Assembly (NCBI RefSeq): GCF_048550555.1
Contig: NZ_JBLYYF010000009.1
Span: forward strand, 19 to 64,018
Direction of reading: 5' to 3'
Origin: Qipengyuania sp.
Lineage (GTDB): Bacteria; Pseudomonadota; Alphaproteobacteria; Sphingomonadales; Sphingomonadaceae
Length of the DNA: 64,000 nucleotides
Shown here: piece by piece, positions 1 to 8,629 of the stretch
Position numbering within the stretch: the first letter of the stretch is position 1
Layout: each line of letters starts with the position of its first letter
The notes under the pieces: generated by a model
What the model was told of the DNA's origin: nothing
What the model saw: the letters and a program-made list of their open reading frames with translations, nothing else
Database searches by the model: none
Position numbers and translations under genes: made by a program

Positions 1-450
1 CAGCTGCTTGCGCTCGGGCACCTTCTTGGGTCCGAACTCGGTCCACAGCCAGCTCAGCGCGCGGTCGGCGCTCTGCCACTGATCCTCGTCGATGGTGCGC
101 GGCAGGAAGCGCTTGATATTGGTCCCTTCGGGCGTAACCCCGCCGCCGATCATCTCGGCGATCGACCCGGTGACCACCACGGCGGGCAACTCCGGATCGA
201 GCGTCTGCCACGCGCGCTTCATCGCGCCCTCGGTGCCGGTCTTGCCGAGCTCTTCCTCGCCGAGCCCGGTGACCACGATCGGCAGCTCGTGCGGCGGCAG
301 CCCGTCGGTATAATGCAGCACGCTGGTGACCGGCAGGTTCTCGCAGCCGACCGGCCCGTCGATGACGACCTGCAGCCCCTTGACCGCGGTGAAGACGTAG
401 ACCGCGCCCCAGTAACCGCCGGCGCGGTCGTGATCGAGGACGAGCGTCAT
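1..450 (-). CDS. bchZ: chlorophyllide a reductase subunit Z (C-terminal part runs off the window edge)
   Basis: Hand translation from ATG at 450: [49 protein letters not shown], the typical BchZ N-terminus. ATGA overlap with the bchY stop. Confidence 0.95.
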   Translation of the reverse strand, partial: MTLVLDHDRAGGYWGAVYVFTAVKGLQVVIDGPVGCENLPVTSVLHYTDGLPPHELPIVVTGLGEEELGKTGTEGAMKRAWQTLDPELPAVVVTGSIAEMIGGGVTPEGTNIKRFLPRTIDEDQWQSADRALSWLWTEFGPKKVPERKQL

Positions 451-1970
451 GTGCCCACCGCCTCGGCCGCCTTGCGGGCCGCTTCGTTGAGTGCTGCGTA
501 TTTCTTCTTGAACTGCGGGCGGTCCTGCGGGGTGTCTTCCCACACACCGGCAGCATGGTCGGTGCCGACGCCGTCGAAGAACTCGCTCATCCTGGCCATG
601 CGGTCCTTGTTGGCGAGCGCACCGTTGATGACCTGTGCCAGGCTGCCTGCACCCGCCGGGCCCATCAGCGGGCGGGCCGAGATCAGGTTTGTGAAGTAGA
701 GCGCCGGAATTGCCCGCTGCTTGGCATGCTGGACCACCGGAGTCGTGCCGATAGCGAGGTCGGGGCCGAATTCATCGACCGCGGCGATGTCGTCCTCCAG
801 GCTGGCGCGGTAGTTGACGCGCACGCCCTTCGCCTCGAGCCATTCGCGATCCGGATCAGACCAGCGCGTCTTGGGGCAGGCTGTCCCGACATAGGGCACG
901 TCCGCGCCGCTTTCGATCAGCAGCCGCGCGACCAGCAGTTCGGAGCCTTCGTAACCCGAAACGGTGATTCTGCCCCGGATGGGGGTGGCGGCGAGGGCAC
1001 CACGGATAGCGGCGACAAAGCGGTCCTTTGCGTCATCTACGCTGCTCTGTTTGATACCGCAGGCCGAGCCGATGGCGTCGAGCCACGCCGCCGTCCCCTC
1101 CGCGCCCACCGGGGCGGAACCGACGACCGAACGACCGGCCGCTTCGAACTCGCGGACACTGGCCGTGTAGAACGGATGGATGGCTGCGACCGCCGCGCAA
1201 TCCAGTGCCGAGTAGAGCTCGCGCCATTCGCGCGTGGGAACGACCGGACCTGCCGCAAGGCCCAGTGGCGCCAGCATCATGCCGATGCCAACCGGGTCGG
1301 CCGGGAACATCTCGCCCAGGAGAGTCACGGTAGGCCTGTCCGATCGTTCGCGCGGTGCTGCGACGGGGCCGGCAGCGGCCTCCTCGCGCGCATAGGCGAG
1401 CATGGCGCCCGCCAAGACGTCCTTCGCTTCGGCATGGGTTGGAATGCCGAAGCCCGGGACGTCTATTCCGATGATGCGCACACCGTTGATCTGCTTTTTG
1501 AGCAGCCGCAGCGGAACACCGCTCGCAGTGGGCACGCACAGATTGGTGACGACGATCGCGTCGTAGTTCGCGGGATCGGCGAGATTCTCGACCGCTTCCT
1601 TGATGTCCTCGAACAGCTTGCCCGTGACCAGCGTTTCGGAGTTGAACGGAACGTAGCCGACGGTCCGGCGGGCGCCATAGAAATGCGAGGTGAAGGTGAG
1701 GCCGTAGACGCAGCAGGCCGAGCCGGAAAGCACGGTCGCCGTGCGCCGCATCCTGAGGCCGACGCGCAACGACCCGAAAGCCGGGCACATGCTCTGCGGC
1801 TGGTCGTGCGGACCGACGGGATAGTCTTCCGCGTAGCGATCGAGAACGTCGCTCTTGCCCGCCTTGCGCGCCGCGTCGCGCATGGTCTCGGAATTTGCGC
1901 AGCCACCCTCGTCGGCCTCGCCCACGTCGAGCCTGTCGCGCTCACGCACCGGGGTGCCGAGGTCGGTCAT
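447..1970 (-). CDS. bchY: chlorophyllide a reductase subunit Y
   Basis: 507-aa ORF with [22 protein letters not shown] and [21 protein letters not shown]; lies between bchX and bchZ. Confidence 0.96.
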   Translation of the reverse strand: MTDLGTPVRERDRLDVGEADEGGCANSETMRDAARKAGKSDVLDRYAEDYPVGPHDQPQSMCPAFGSLRVGLRMRRTATVLSGSACCVYGLTFTSHFYGARRTVGYVPFNSETLVTGKLFEDIKEAVENLADPANYDAIVVTNLCVPTASGVPLRLLKKQINGVRIIGIDVPGFGIPTHAEAKDVLAGAMLAYAREEAAAGPVAAPRERSDRPTVTLLGEMFPADPVGIGMMLAPLGLAAGPVVPTREWRELYSALDCAAVAAIHPFYTASVREFEAAGRSVVGSAPVGAEGTAAWLDAIGSACGIKQSSVDDAKDRFVAAIRGALAATPIRGRITVSGYEGSELLVARLLIESGADVPYVGTACPKTRWSDPDREWLEAKGVRVNYRASLEDDIAAVDEFGPDLAIGTTPVVQHAKQRAIPALYFTNLISARPLMGPAGAGSLAQVINGALANKDRMARMSEFFDGVGTDHAAGVWEDTPQDRPQFKKKYAALNEAARKAAEAVGT

Positions 1971-1973
1971 TCC

Positions 1974-2960
1974 TCAGACCTCGTCATAGATGACCTCGAG
2001 ACTGGCTTTCGGTTCGAAGCTGCCGCCGCGCATGTCGGCCTGGGTCGCCGGGACGAGCTTGATGTCGCCTCCGGTCTCCTCCGGGGAGAACAGGCCAAGC
2101 AACCCGTCCTGGTCGAGGGGAGTGGGCTGGCGCGGCGGCGCCTCGGCGACATTGGTGGCGAGCTGCTCGAATAGCCCGCCCCACTGACCGCCGGGGGTGC
2201 CGATGATCTGGTAATTGGCCGATTTGCGGCGAATGTCCTCGTTCGCGGGGATCGCGGTGAGCACCGGAATGCCGACCGCTTCGGCGAAGCCCTGCGCCTC
2301 GCCGGTGCCGTCGTCCTTGTTGATGATCATGCCCGCGACGCCGACGTTGCCGCCCATCTTGCGGAAATATTCGACCGCCTTGCAGACGTTGTTCGCGACA
2401 TAGAGCGACTGGAGGTCGTTCGAGCCGACGACGATCACCTTCTGGCACATGTCGCGCGCGATCGGCAGGCCGAAGCCGCCGCAGACGACATCGCCGAGGA
2501 AATCGAGCAGGACGTAGTCGAAACCCCAATCGTGGAAGCCCAGTTTTTCCATCAGCTCGAAGCCATGGATGATCCCACGACCACCGCAGCCGCGACCGAC
2601 TTCGGGGCCACCGAGTTCCATCGCGAAGACGCCGTCGCGCTGGAAGCAGACGTCCTCGATGGTCACCTCCTCGCCGGCGAGCTTCTTCTTCGAACTCGTC
2701 TCGATGATCGTCGGGCAACTCTTGCCGCCGAACAACAGGCTGGTGGTGTCGCTCTTGGGATCGCAGCCGATCAGCAGGACGCGCTTGCCTTGCTGCGCCA
2801 TCATGTAGCTGAGGTTGGACAGGGCGAAGCTCTTGCCCGATCCGCCCTTGCCGTAGATCGCGATGATCTGCGTTTCCTTCTTCACCTCTCCGGTGTGCAC
2901 GGGGTCCGGCTCGATCGCCGCCTCCTCGCGCAGGGCCGTATCGGTTTCGAGCATCGTCAT
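1974..2960 (-). CDS. bchX: chlorophyllide a reductase iron protein subunit X
   Basis: NifH-like motifs IYGKGGSGKS, GPEVGRGCGGRG and LGDVVCGGFG. Start placed at ATG 2960 (overlaps the bchC stop); the track ORF is over-extended. Confidence 0.96.
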   Translation of the reverse strand: MTMLETDTALREEAAIEPDPVHTGEVKKETQIIAIYGKGGSGKSFALSNLSYMMAQQGKRVLLIGCDPKSDTTSLLFGGKSCPTIIETSSKKKLAGEEVTIEDVCFQRDGVFAMELGGPEVGRGCGGRGIIHGFELMEKLGFHDWGFDYVLLDFLGDVVCGGFGLPIARDMCQKVIVVGSNDLQSLYVANNVCKAVEYFRKMGGNVGVAGMIINKDDGTGEAQGFAEAVGIPVLTAIPANEDIRRKSANYQIIGTPGGQWGGLFEQLATNVAEAPPRQPTPLDQDGLLGLFSPEETGGDIKLVPATQADMRGGSFEPKASLEVIYDEV

Positions 2961-3892
2961 GCGATTTCTCTCCAGTCGAGAACCATCTTGAGGCAGTCGG
3001 GATCGAGGAGCGCGTGGGGATAGGCCTGCTCCGCCTGGTCCGCGGGCATCACGTCCGAGACCAGTCCGTCGAGCGCGAGATCGCCCGACTCGATCATCGC
3101 GCGGGTCGATGCGAGGTCGTCCGGCCCCCATTCGGCGGCGACACGCATGCGCGCTTCGGCCTGGAATGCAGGGGCGAAGGCGAAATTGAGGCGATTGGCG
3201 TAGAAACCGGCGAGGACGATCTCGCCCCCCTTCGCCAGCTTGCCGACCAGGGAGTCGAGCCCGTCGGCAAAACCGCTGACGTCGTAGATCGTGCGATAGT
3301 CGCTCCGCGTATCGTCCTTGGGGGCGATAACCTCGTATCCCCGCGCGCCCTGGCGGCGGCATTCCTTGTTGTCCCAGACAGTCGGCGGCGGCGCTCCCGC
3401 CGCGATCGTCAGCCTCGCAAGCAGCCGCCCAAGCACACCGTGCCCCACGATGAGGTCCGGCGGGTTGCCCGCCGCGAGAGCATGATGGGCCGTTGCGGCC
3501 AGCGCGAAGAGGATGCCGTCGACGCCGAGCGACTCGGCGATCGGGAAGGCGCGGGCCGAAGGAACCACCAGCGTGCGCGCGGTCCCGCCGAACAGGCCAC
3601 GGGCATCGGTGTAGCAATTGGCGCCCGGGACGAAGACCCAGTCGCCGATCCTGCCACGCACCTGGTCGCCTGCATCCACGACGCGGCCGACCGTTTCGTA
3701 ACCGGGAACGAGCGGATAGCCCATGCCGGGGAAGCGCGGCATTTCACCGGTCCAGAGCAATTTCTCCGTCCCGCTGCTAATGCCGCTCCAATGGGCTTCG
3801 ACGACAAGGTCTGAGGGACCTGGCGGAATCAGGTCGAGCGTCCGGAGCGCCAGGCGCCGCGGTGCCTCTACTATGACTGCCAGTGCATCCAT
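2957..3892 (-). CDS. bchC: 2-desacetyl-2-hydroxyethyl bacteriochlorophyllide a dehydrogenase
   Basis: SGISSGTEKLLWTGEMPRFPGMGYPLVPGYE; first gene of bchCXYZ. Confidence 0.95.
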   Translation of the reverse strand: MDALAVIVEAPRRLALRTLDLIPPGPSDLVVEAHWSGISSGTEKLLWTGEMPRFPGMGYPLVPGYETVGRVVDAGDQVRGRIGDWVFVPGANCYTDARGLFGGTARTLVVPSARAFPIAESLGVDGILFALAATAHHALAAGNPPDLIVGHGVLGRLLARLTIAAGAPPPTVWDNKECRRQGARGYEVIAPKDDTRSDYRTIYDVSGFADGLDSLVGKLAKGGEIVLAGFYANRLNFAFAPAFQAEARMRVAAEWGPDDLASTRAMIESGDLALDGLVSDVMPADQAEQAYPHALLDPDCLKMVLDWREIA

Positions 3893-3960
3893 CTCGCAGG
3901 CCCGTCCCCCTTATTGTTGGTTGACCCGACGCCAGCGCACGAAGAGGTGCATTGGCGCAG

Positions 3961-4004
3961 TGTCACCTTAGGCCTTTAGCCCTAAGTGTCAATCCAACAT
4001 TACA
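3961..4004. promoter_or_regulatory. PpsR/CrtJ operator pair overlapping the bchC promoter
   Basis: Exact TGT-N12-ACA at 3987-4004 (TGTCAATCCAACATTACA) and a degenerate copy at 3961-3978 (TGT-N12-TTA), 8 bp apart. TTGACA on the minus strand at 3987-3992. Confidence 0.8.
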
Positions 4005-4014
4005 GTTTAGATTG

Positions 4015-5145
4015 TCAGGCAATAGCGACAATAAGCGAGGTTATCACCGGAAGGTTGGTGCCAAGCTTGCGCCAGGATCGAAATCCGGCTTGTTCGATCA
4101 TGGTGCCGATTTCGTCGGTGCGGCGAGGGCGCCCGCTTTGCATGGCCCATAGATAGAGGCCGAAATAGGCCTCGCCCATGCGCTCGGCCCCGGCGACGCC
4201 CGCCATCGGCTCGGCGATCACGAGAGTGCCTCCGGGAGGCAGGGCTGCATGGACCGCGCGGAGGAGGGCGATCGCCTTGTCGTCATCGTGATCGTGCAGG
4301 ATGCGAACCAGAGTGATGCATTGGTAAGCCGCCGGGAGTGGGTCGGTGAAGAAGTTGCCTGGGTGAAGGGCGAGGTGGCCGGCAGCCGAGTCGACCTCGG
4401 CTTCCCGAGATCCCTTCGAGAGCACCTCGGGAAGATCGAATATCCCCACCCGTTTGTCGGGGTACTGCGCCAGGACCTTTCCGGCGAACACGCCCAGGCC
4501 ACCGCCGACATCAAGAATCGTATCGAAGTGCTTCAGCACCCCACTGACAATTACCTGATCGGCGACCATTTCCTGGGAGGAAGCCATCAATGCGCTGTAC
4601 TCGCCCGCATCGATCGCGGGGTTTGCATAGTCCCAGAACCGTGAGAGATGGGTAGGCCCGACCGGGCGATTGCGCAGTAGCTCGAGCGGCTCGGCAAGGT
4701 CGCGATAGAGCAGGGCGTGGTGCCTGATCATGGCTTGCGCGCCGGGATTGGCGTGGAGCGCAGCGCCCTGTTCTCCGAGCATCCAGCACTCGTCGCCGAC
4801 GTCTTCCACGAGCTCAAGAGCCTGCGCCGAGCGCAGCAGGCGTTGCGCGGCATCGACCTGCATCTCGCATGCGGCGGCTATGTCCTTGGTCGCGATCGGG
4901 CCGCGTGCAAGAAGGTCGATCAACCCGGCCTCGACGGTTGCACGCAGGATTTGCGTGTAGGCGAAGCCCGCTACCAGGTCGAAGAGCGCGGCCGAACGCC
5001 GTCGTGCTACCGGGCGCAGGAAAGGATTGCGCGCGGCGTGTCCTTGGAAACTCGGGCTGCCGATGACGGCATTTCGCAGGGCAATCCAGCGTCGCCGCAG
5101 CCGAATGCGAAATTGACGGAATTCAGAGGCCTCACCATCGCCCAT
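4015..5145 (-). CDS. crtF: hydroxycarotenoid O-methyltransferase
   Basis: SAM motif ILDVGGGLG, RRRSAALFDLVAGFAYTQIL, LVRILHDHDD; upstream of bchC. Confidence 0.92.
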   Translation of the reverse strand: MGDGEASEFRQFRIRLRRRWIALRNAVIGSPSFQGHAARNPFLRPVARRRSAALFDLVAGFAYTQILRATVEAGLIDLLARGPIATKDIAAACEMQVDAAQRLLRSAQALELVEDVGDECWMLGEQGAALHANPGAQAMIRHHALLYRDLAEPLELLRNRPVGPTHLSRFWDYANPAIDAGEYSALMASSQEMVADQVIVSGVLKHFDTILDVGGGLGVFAGKVLAQYPDKRVGIFDLPEVLSKGSREAEVDSAAGHLALHPGNFFTDPLPAAYQCITLVRILHDHDDDKAIALLRAVHAALPPGGTLVIAEPMAGVAGAERMGEAYFGLYLWAMQSGRPRRTDEIGTMIEQAGFRSWRKLGTNLPVITSLIVAIA

Positions 5146-5146
5146 A

Positions 5147-5164
5147 TGTCCAAATGATTGGACA
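5147..5164. promoter_or_regulatory. PpsR/CrtJ palindrome between divergent crtF and crtD
   Basis: TGTCCAAATGATTGGACA = TGT-N12-ACA with extended dyad symmetry (TGTCCAA/TTGGACA). Confidence 0.8.
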
Positions 5165-5208
5165 TCGTGTATGTAAAGGTCAAATGTATTCGGCGAAGGG
5201 AGTGATGT

Positions 5209-6768
5209 GTGTCAGGTCGCGTCGTCATCGTGGGAGCGGGAATGGGCGGGCTGGCCAGCGCCGTCCGGCTGGCTGCTGCGGGCGTCGACGTGGTCGTGGC
5301 GGACAAGCTCGCTCATGTCGGCGGGAAGGCCCGCCAATTGCCGGTGGAGGGCGTGCCGGTCGACGCCGGTCCGACCGTCTTCACGCTGCGCGACGTCTTC
5401 GACGACGTCTTCCGGTCCGCCAGCCGACGTCTCGACGATTATGTGACGGTGAACCAGGCATCCGTCATCGCCCGCCACGCCTGGAGACCCGACGACAGGC
5501 TGAACCTATATGCCGATCCCTTGCAGAGCGAGGAGGCGATCGGCGACTTCGCCGGGTCAGCAGCGGCACAGGGATACCGGACCTTCCGGAAGGAATCCGC
5601 CCGGATCTATTCGATCCTCGAGAACAGCATGCTGCGCGCCGACAAGGTCAGCTGGCCGCTTCCGTTGATGTGGCGCATCGGCCTGTGGCGCGTCGGCGAT
5701 CTGATCGCGATCCGTCCCTACGAGAGCCTGTGGAAGGTTCTTGGCGAACATTTTGCGGATTCGCGTCTGCGCCAGATGTTCGCGCGCTACGCGACCTATT
5801 GCGGCTCGTCGCCCTTCGCCACACCGGCAACTCTCATGCTCATCGCCCATGTCGAAGCGCAAGGCGTGTGGCTCATCGACGGCGGGATGAACTCGCTTGC
5901 AAATGCCCTGAGGCGCGTGGCCGAAGAGCACGGAGCACGCTTTCGTTTGGGCCAGGCGGTCGATCGGATCGTCGTCGAACGCGGACGCGCCTGCGGAGTG
6001 GTCCTTGCCGATGGCGATCGGATCGACGCCGACGCCGTGATGGTGAACGCCGATCCTGCGGCGCTGGGATCGGGCGCGTTTGGAGCGGAGGCGGCACGCG
6101 CGGCATCGCCGATGAAGCCGGCGAACCGCTCGCTATCGGCAATGGTCTGGCTGGCCCGTACGCGCACCAACGGCTTTGCCCTATCCCGCCACAATGTGTT
6201 TTTCTCGCCCGACTACCGCCGCGAATTCGCCGACATTGGTGCGGGCTGCCCGCCCGCTGACCCAAGCGTATACGTTTGCGCGCAGGATCGGGGCGCAGCC
6301 GGCAGCGAACCCATCGATGGCCGAGAAAGGCTGCAGATCATCGTCAACGCCCCCGCCAATGGCGATACGCACACCTATTCATCCAAGGAGAGAGAACGAT
6401 GCACCAGGGCCATGCAGCGCAGCCTCGCCCGATGCGGGCTGGAGCTGGAGGAAGCCTTTCCGCATACGATGGTGACGCCGAACGAGTTCGCGGACCTTTC
6501 GCCCTCGACCGGAGGAGCGATCTATGGACGGGCCTCGCACGGCTGGGCGGCCTCCTTCCTCCGGCAGGGCACGCGGACGTGGATCCCTGGGCTCTATTGC
6601 GCGGGTGGAAGCACCCACCCGGGAGCGGGCGTGCCGATGGCCGCCTTGTCCGGGCGCCTCGCGGCACAGCAGGTGATGCGCGACCTCGCTTCGATGAGGC
6701 GATTCCACCCGGTGGCTATGGCTGGTGGTATGTCGATGCGATCAGTGACGACGGAAGGCACGGGCTGA
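5209..6768 (+). CDS. crtD: 1-hydroxycarotenoid 3,4-desaturase
   Basis: VVIVGAGMGGL dinucleotide fold, DAGPTVFT, C-terminal GGSTHPGAGVPMAALSG; GTG start. Confidence 0.93.
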   Translation: MSGRVVIVGAGMGGLASAVRLAAAGVDVVVADKLAHVGGKARQLPVEGVPVDAGPTVFTLRDVFDDVFRSASRRLDDYVTVNQASVIARHAWRPDDRLNLYADPLQSEEAIGDFAGSAAAQGYRTFRKESARIYSILENSMLRADKVSWPLPLMWRIGLWRVGDLIAIRPYESLWKVLGEHFADSRLRQMFARYATYCGSSPFATPATLMLIAHVEAQGVWLIDGGMNSLANALRRVAEEHGARFRLGQAVDRIVVERGRACGVVLADGDRIDADAVMVNADPAALGSGAFGAEAARAASPMKPANRSLSAMVWLARTRTNGFALSRHNVFFSPDYRREFADIGAGCPPADPSVYVCAQDRGAAGSEPIDGRERLQIIVNAPANGDTHTYSSKERERCTRAMQRSLARCGLELEEAFPHTMVTPNEFADLSPSTGGAIYGRASHGWAASFLRQGTRTWIPGLYCAGGSTHPGAGVPMAALSGRLAAQQVMRDLASMRRFHPVAMAGGMSMRSVTTEGTG

Positions 6769-7604
6769 CGATCATCGCCTTCCTGGGGAGCGTATTCTCC
6801 CCCTATTACAAGCGAAGCGGACGGCACGACCCGGTCGATCATTCGGCCCTCAATGTCGCCCTCTATGGCCCGCGCGCGCGCTGGACGATGACCGAACGCG
6901 GCCGCCGCGCGGTCGAGCGGGAGAGCGACGTGCTGCAGATCGGGCCAAGCGCGGTGTGCTGGACCGGCGACGCGCTCGAAATCCACATTGAGGAGCGCGA
7001 CAAGCGACTTGGCGTGCCGTGGCAACGGAGGGTCTGCGGCCGCGTGCGGGTGATCCCCGAGGCACTCAACCCGACCGGCTTCGCGCTCGACCCCGGCGGT
7101 CGGCACAGCTGGCACTGCATTGCGCCGCGGGCTCGCGTGGAAGTGACGATGGAAAAACCGGGCCTGCGATGGTGCGGGGCGGGGTATTTGGATTCGAATT
7201 TCGGCAGCGAGTCGCTCGAAGAAGGCTTTCGGGTCTGGCACTGGTCGCGGGCACACACCAGGCGCGGTGCGGCGGTCTGCTACGAAGGCATTCGGCGCGA
7301 CGGCACGGCCTTTGCGAGCGCCTTGCGCTTCGAGCCCGATGGCACCCCGGTGCAGGAAGACTTGCCGCTGGTAGCCCCGCTGCCGAACACGCTCTGGCAG
7401 ATGGAGCGCAAGACGCGGGCAGATCACGGGTCCGCGGGCGTCATCAGGACATGGGAAGACGCACCGTTCTACGCCCGATCGCGCCTGCATTCGCGGCTGT
7501 TCGGGGAGCAGGTCACGGCGGTGCAGGAAAGCCTCGATCTCGACCGCTTCTCCTCACCGATCGTCCAGTTCATGCTCCCCTACCGCATGCCCCGTCTCGC
7601 TTGA
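6579..7604 (+). CDS. crtC: carotenoid 1,2-hydratase (start uncertain, overlaps crtD)
   Basis: PPGGYGWWYVDAISDDGRHGLTIIAFLGSVFSPYY and WEDAPFYARS motifs. Nearest in-frame starts upstream of the motif are TTG 6597 and GTG 6579, both inside crtD. Confidence 0.88.
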   Translation: MDPWALLRGWKHPPGSGRADGRLVRAPRGTAGDARPRFDEAIPPGGYGWWYVDAISDDGRHGLTIIAFLGSVFSPYYKRSGRHDPVDHSALNVALYGPRARWTMTERGRRAVERESDVLQIGPSAVCWTGDALEIHIEERDKRLGVPWQRRVCGRVRVIPEALNPTGFALDPGGRHSWHCIAPRARVEVTMEKPGLRWCGAGYLDSNFGSESLEEGFRVWHWSRAHTRRGAAVCYEGIRRDGTAFASALRFEPDGTPVQEDLPLVAPLPNTLWQMERKTRADHGSAGVIRTWEDAPFYARSRLHSRLFGEQVTAVQESLDLDRFSSPIVQFMLPYRMPRLA

Positions 7605-7739
7605 CTCGCGCTTCTTCTCTTCGCGGTCACGGGCGATCTCGCGGTTGACCGACCACAACTGATAGACACTGAAGCCGAGCGCGATCACGGCGGTGAAGAT
7701 GATCTCGACCCAGCCGAAATGATCCGAAAAACTGCCCAC
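7554..7739 (-). CDS. small single-pass membrane protein of unknown function (61 aa)
   Basis: GTG start at 7739, 2 nt after the bchO stop, with GGGAG upstream. One hydrophobic helix (WVEIIFTAVIALGFSVYQLW) followed by a charged tail. Confidence 0.65.
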   Translation of the reverse strand: MGSFSDHFGWVEIIFTAVIALGFSVYQLWSVNREIARDREEKKRESSETGHAVGEHELDDR

Positions 7740-7741
7740 GG

Positions 7742-8629
7742 TCAGGCTCCCTCTGTCTCGACGATCGCGTGCTGCGCGGCGAAGTCCTGGACAAGCTCGA
7801 CTGCCCGACGCGGTGCTTCCTCGTGGGCGAGGTGGCCCAGGCCTTCGAATCCCACCAGACGGCAATCGCGCAGCAATCGGCATGCGTCTTCCACCGACGA
7901 CAGGGGTACGGCGCTATCGTGGGTCCCGTGTGCGAGCATGACCGGGGCGTCGATTGTCGGCAGCCGATTGGCCAGCGCCGCGAGATCCCAATTGGCCATC
8001 ATTGCCAAGGCGCCTGCACAGTGTTCGCTGTTTCCCAGCAGGGTCGCATAGCAGCGCAAGCCCGTGGCATCGATCCGCGACTGCGTCGCGCGGTGGAGGA
8101 AGCGCTCGGTCTCGCCGGAGCCGCGCGCCATACGGGCGAAAATCGAAGGCACGAAGGGATTGACGAACAGCACTTTGGCGAGCGCGGGGAAGAGGCGCGC
8201 GGCGAGGCCGGGAAAGGGCATCAGCGCGGGGCTGAAGCCGATCGTCGGGCATGACGAGCGCACGGTCATCTGCAGCGCGATCGCTGCACCGGCCGAGTGA
8301 CCTGCAACCAGTGCGGGCTGTTCGCCGAGTTCCTCGACCAGGCAGCGCACTGCGTCGGCAACAGCGGGCAGGGTGGGACCCTTCGACAGCCTGCCGGACG
8401 TAAAGCCATGGCCAGGCAGGTCGGGCACGATGACGGTGAACCTCTGGGCCAGCGGACCGAGCATGTCGCGCCAGCTATGGGTCGATGCCCCGGTGCCGTG
8501 GAGCAACAGGAGGACGGGGCCCGATCCGGCGATCTGCACGTGCCACCGTAATCCTGCTGCCTCTATGAACCGGCTCGTCTCGCGGTTGGGCCAATCGCGG
8601 CCCTCGCGGTCCCAGCGCAGCGCGCTCAA
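7742..8629 (-). CDS. bchO: alpha/beta hydrolase, magnesium-chelatase-associated
   Basis: WDREGRDWPNR, LLLHGTGASTHSW, GHSAG; TTG start; follows bchD. Confidence 0.9.
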   Translation of the reverse strand: MSALRWDREGRDWPNRETSRFIEAAGLRWHVQIAGSGPVLLLLHGTGASTHSWRDMLGPLAQRFTVIVPDLPGHGFTSGRLSKGPTLPAVADAVRCLVEELGEQPALVAGHSAGAAIALQMTVRSSCPTIGFSPALMPFPGLAARLFPALAKVLFVNPFVPSIFARMARGSGETERFLHRATQSRIDATGLRCYATLLGNSEHCAGALAMMANWDLAALANRLPTIDAPVMLAHGTHDSAVPLSSVEDACRLLRDCRLVGFEGLGHLAHEEAPRRAVELVQDFAAQHAIVETEGA

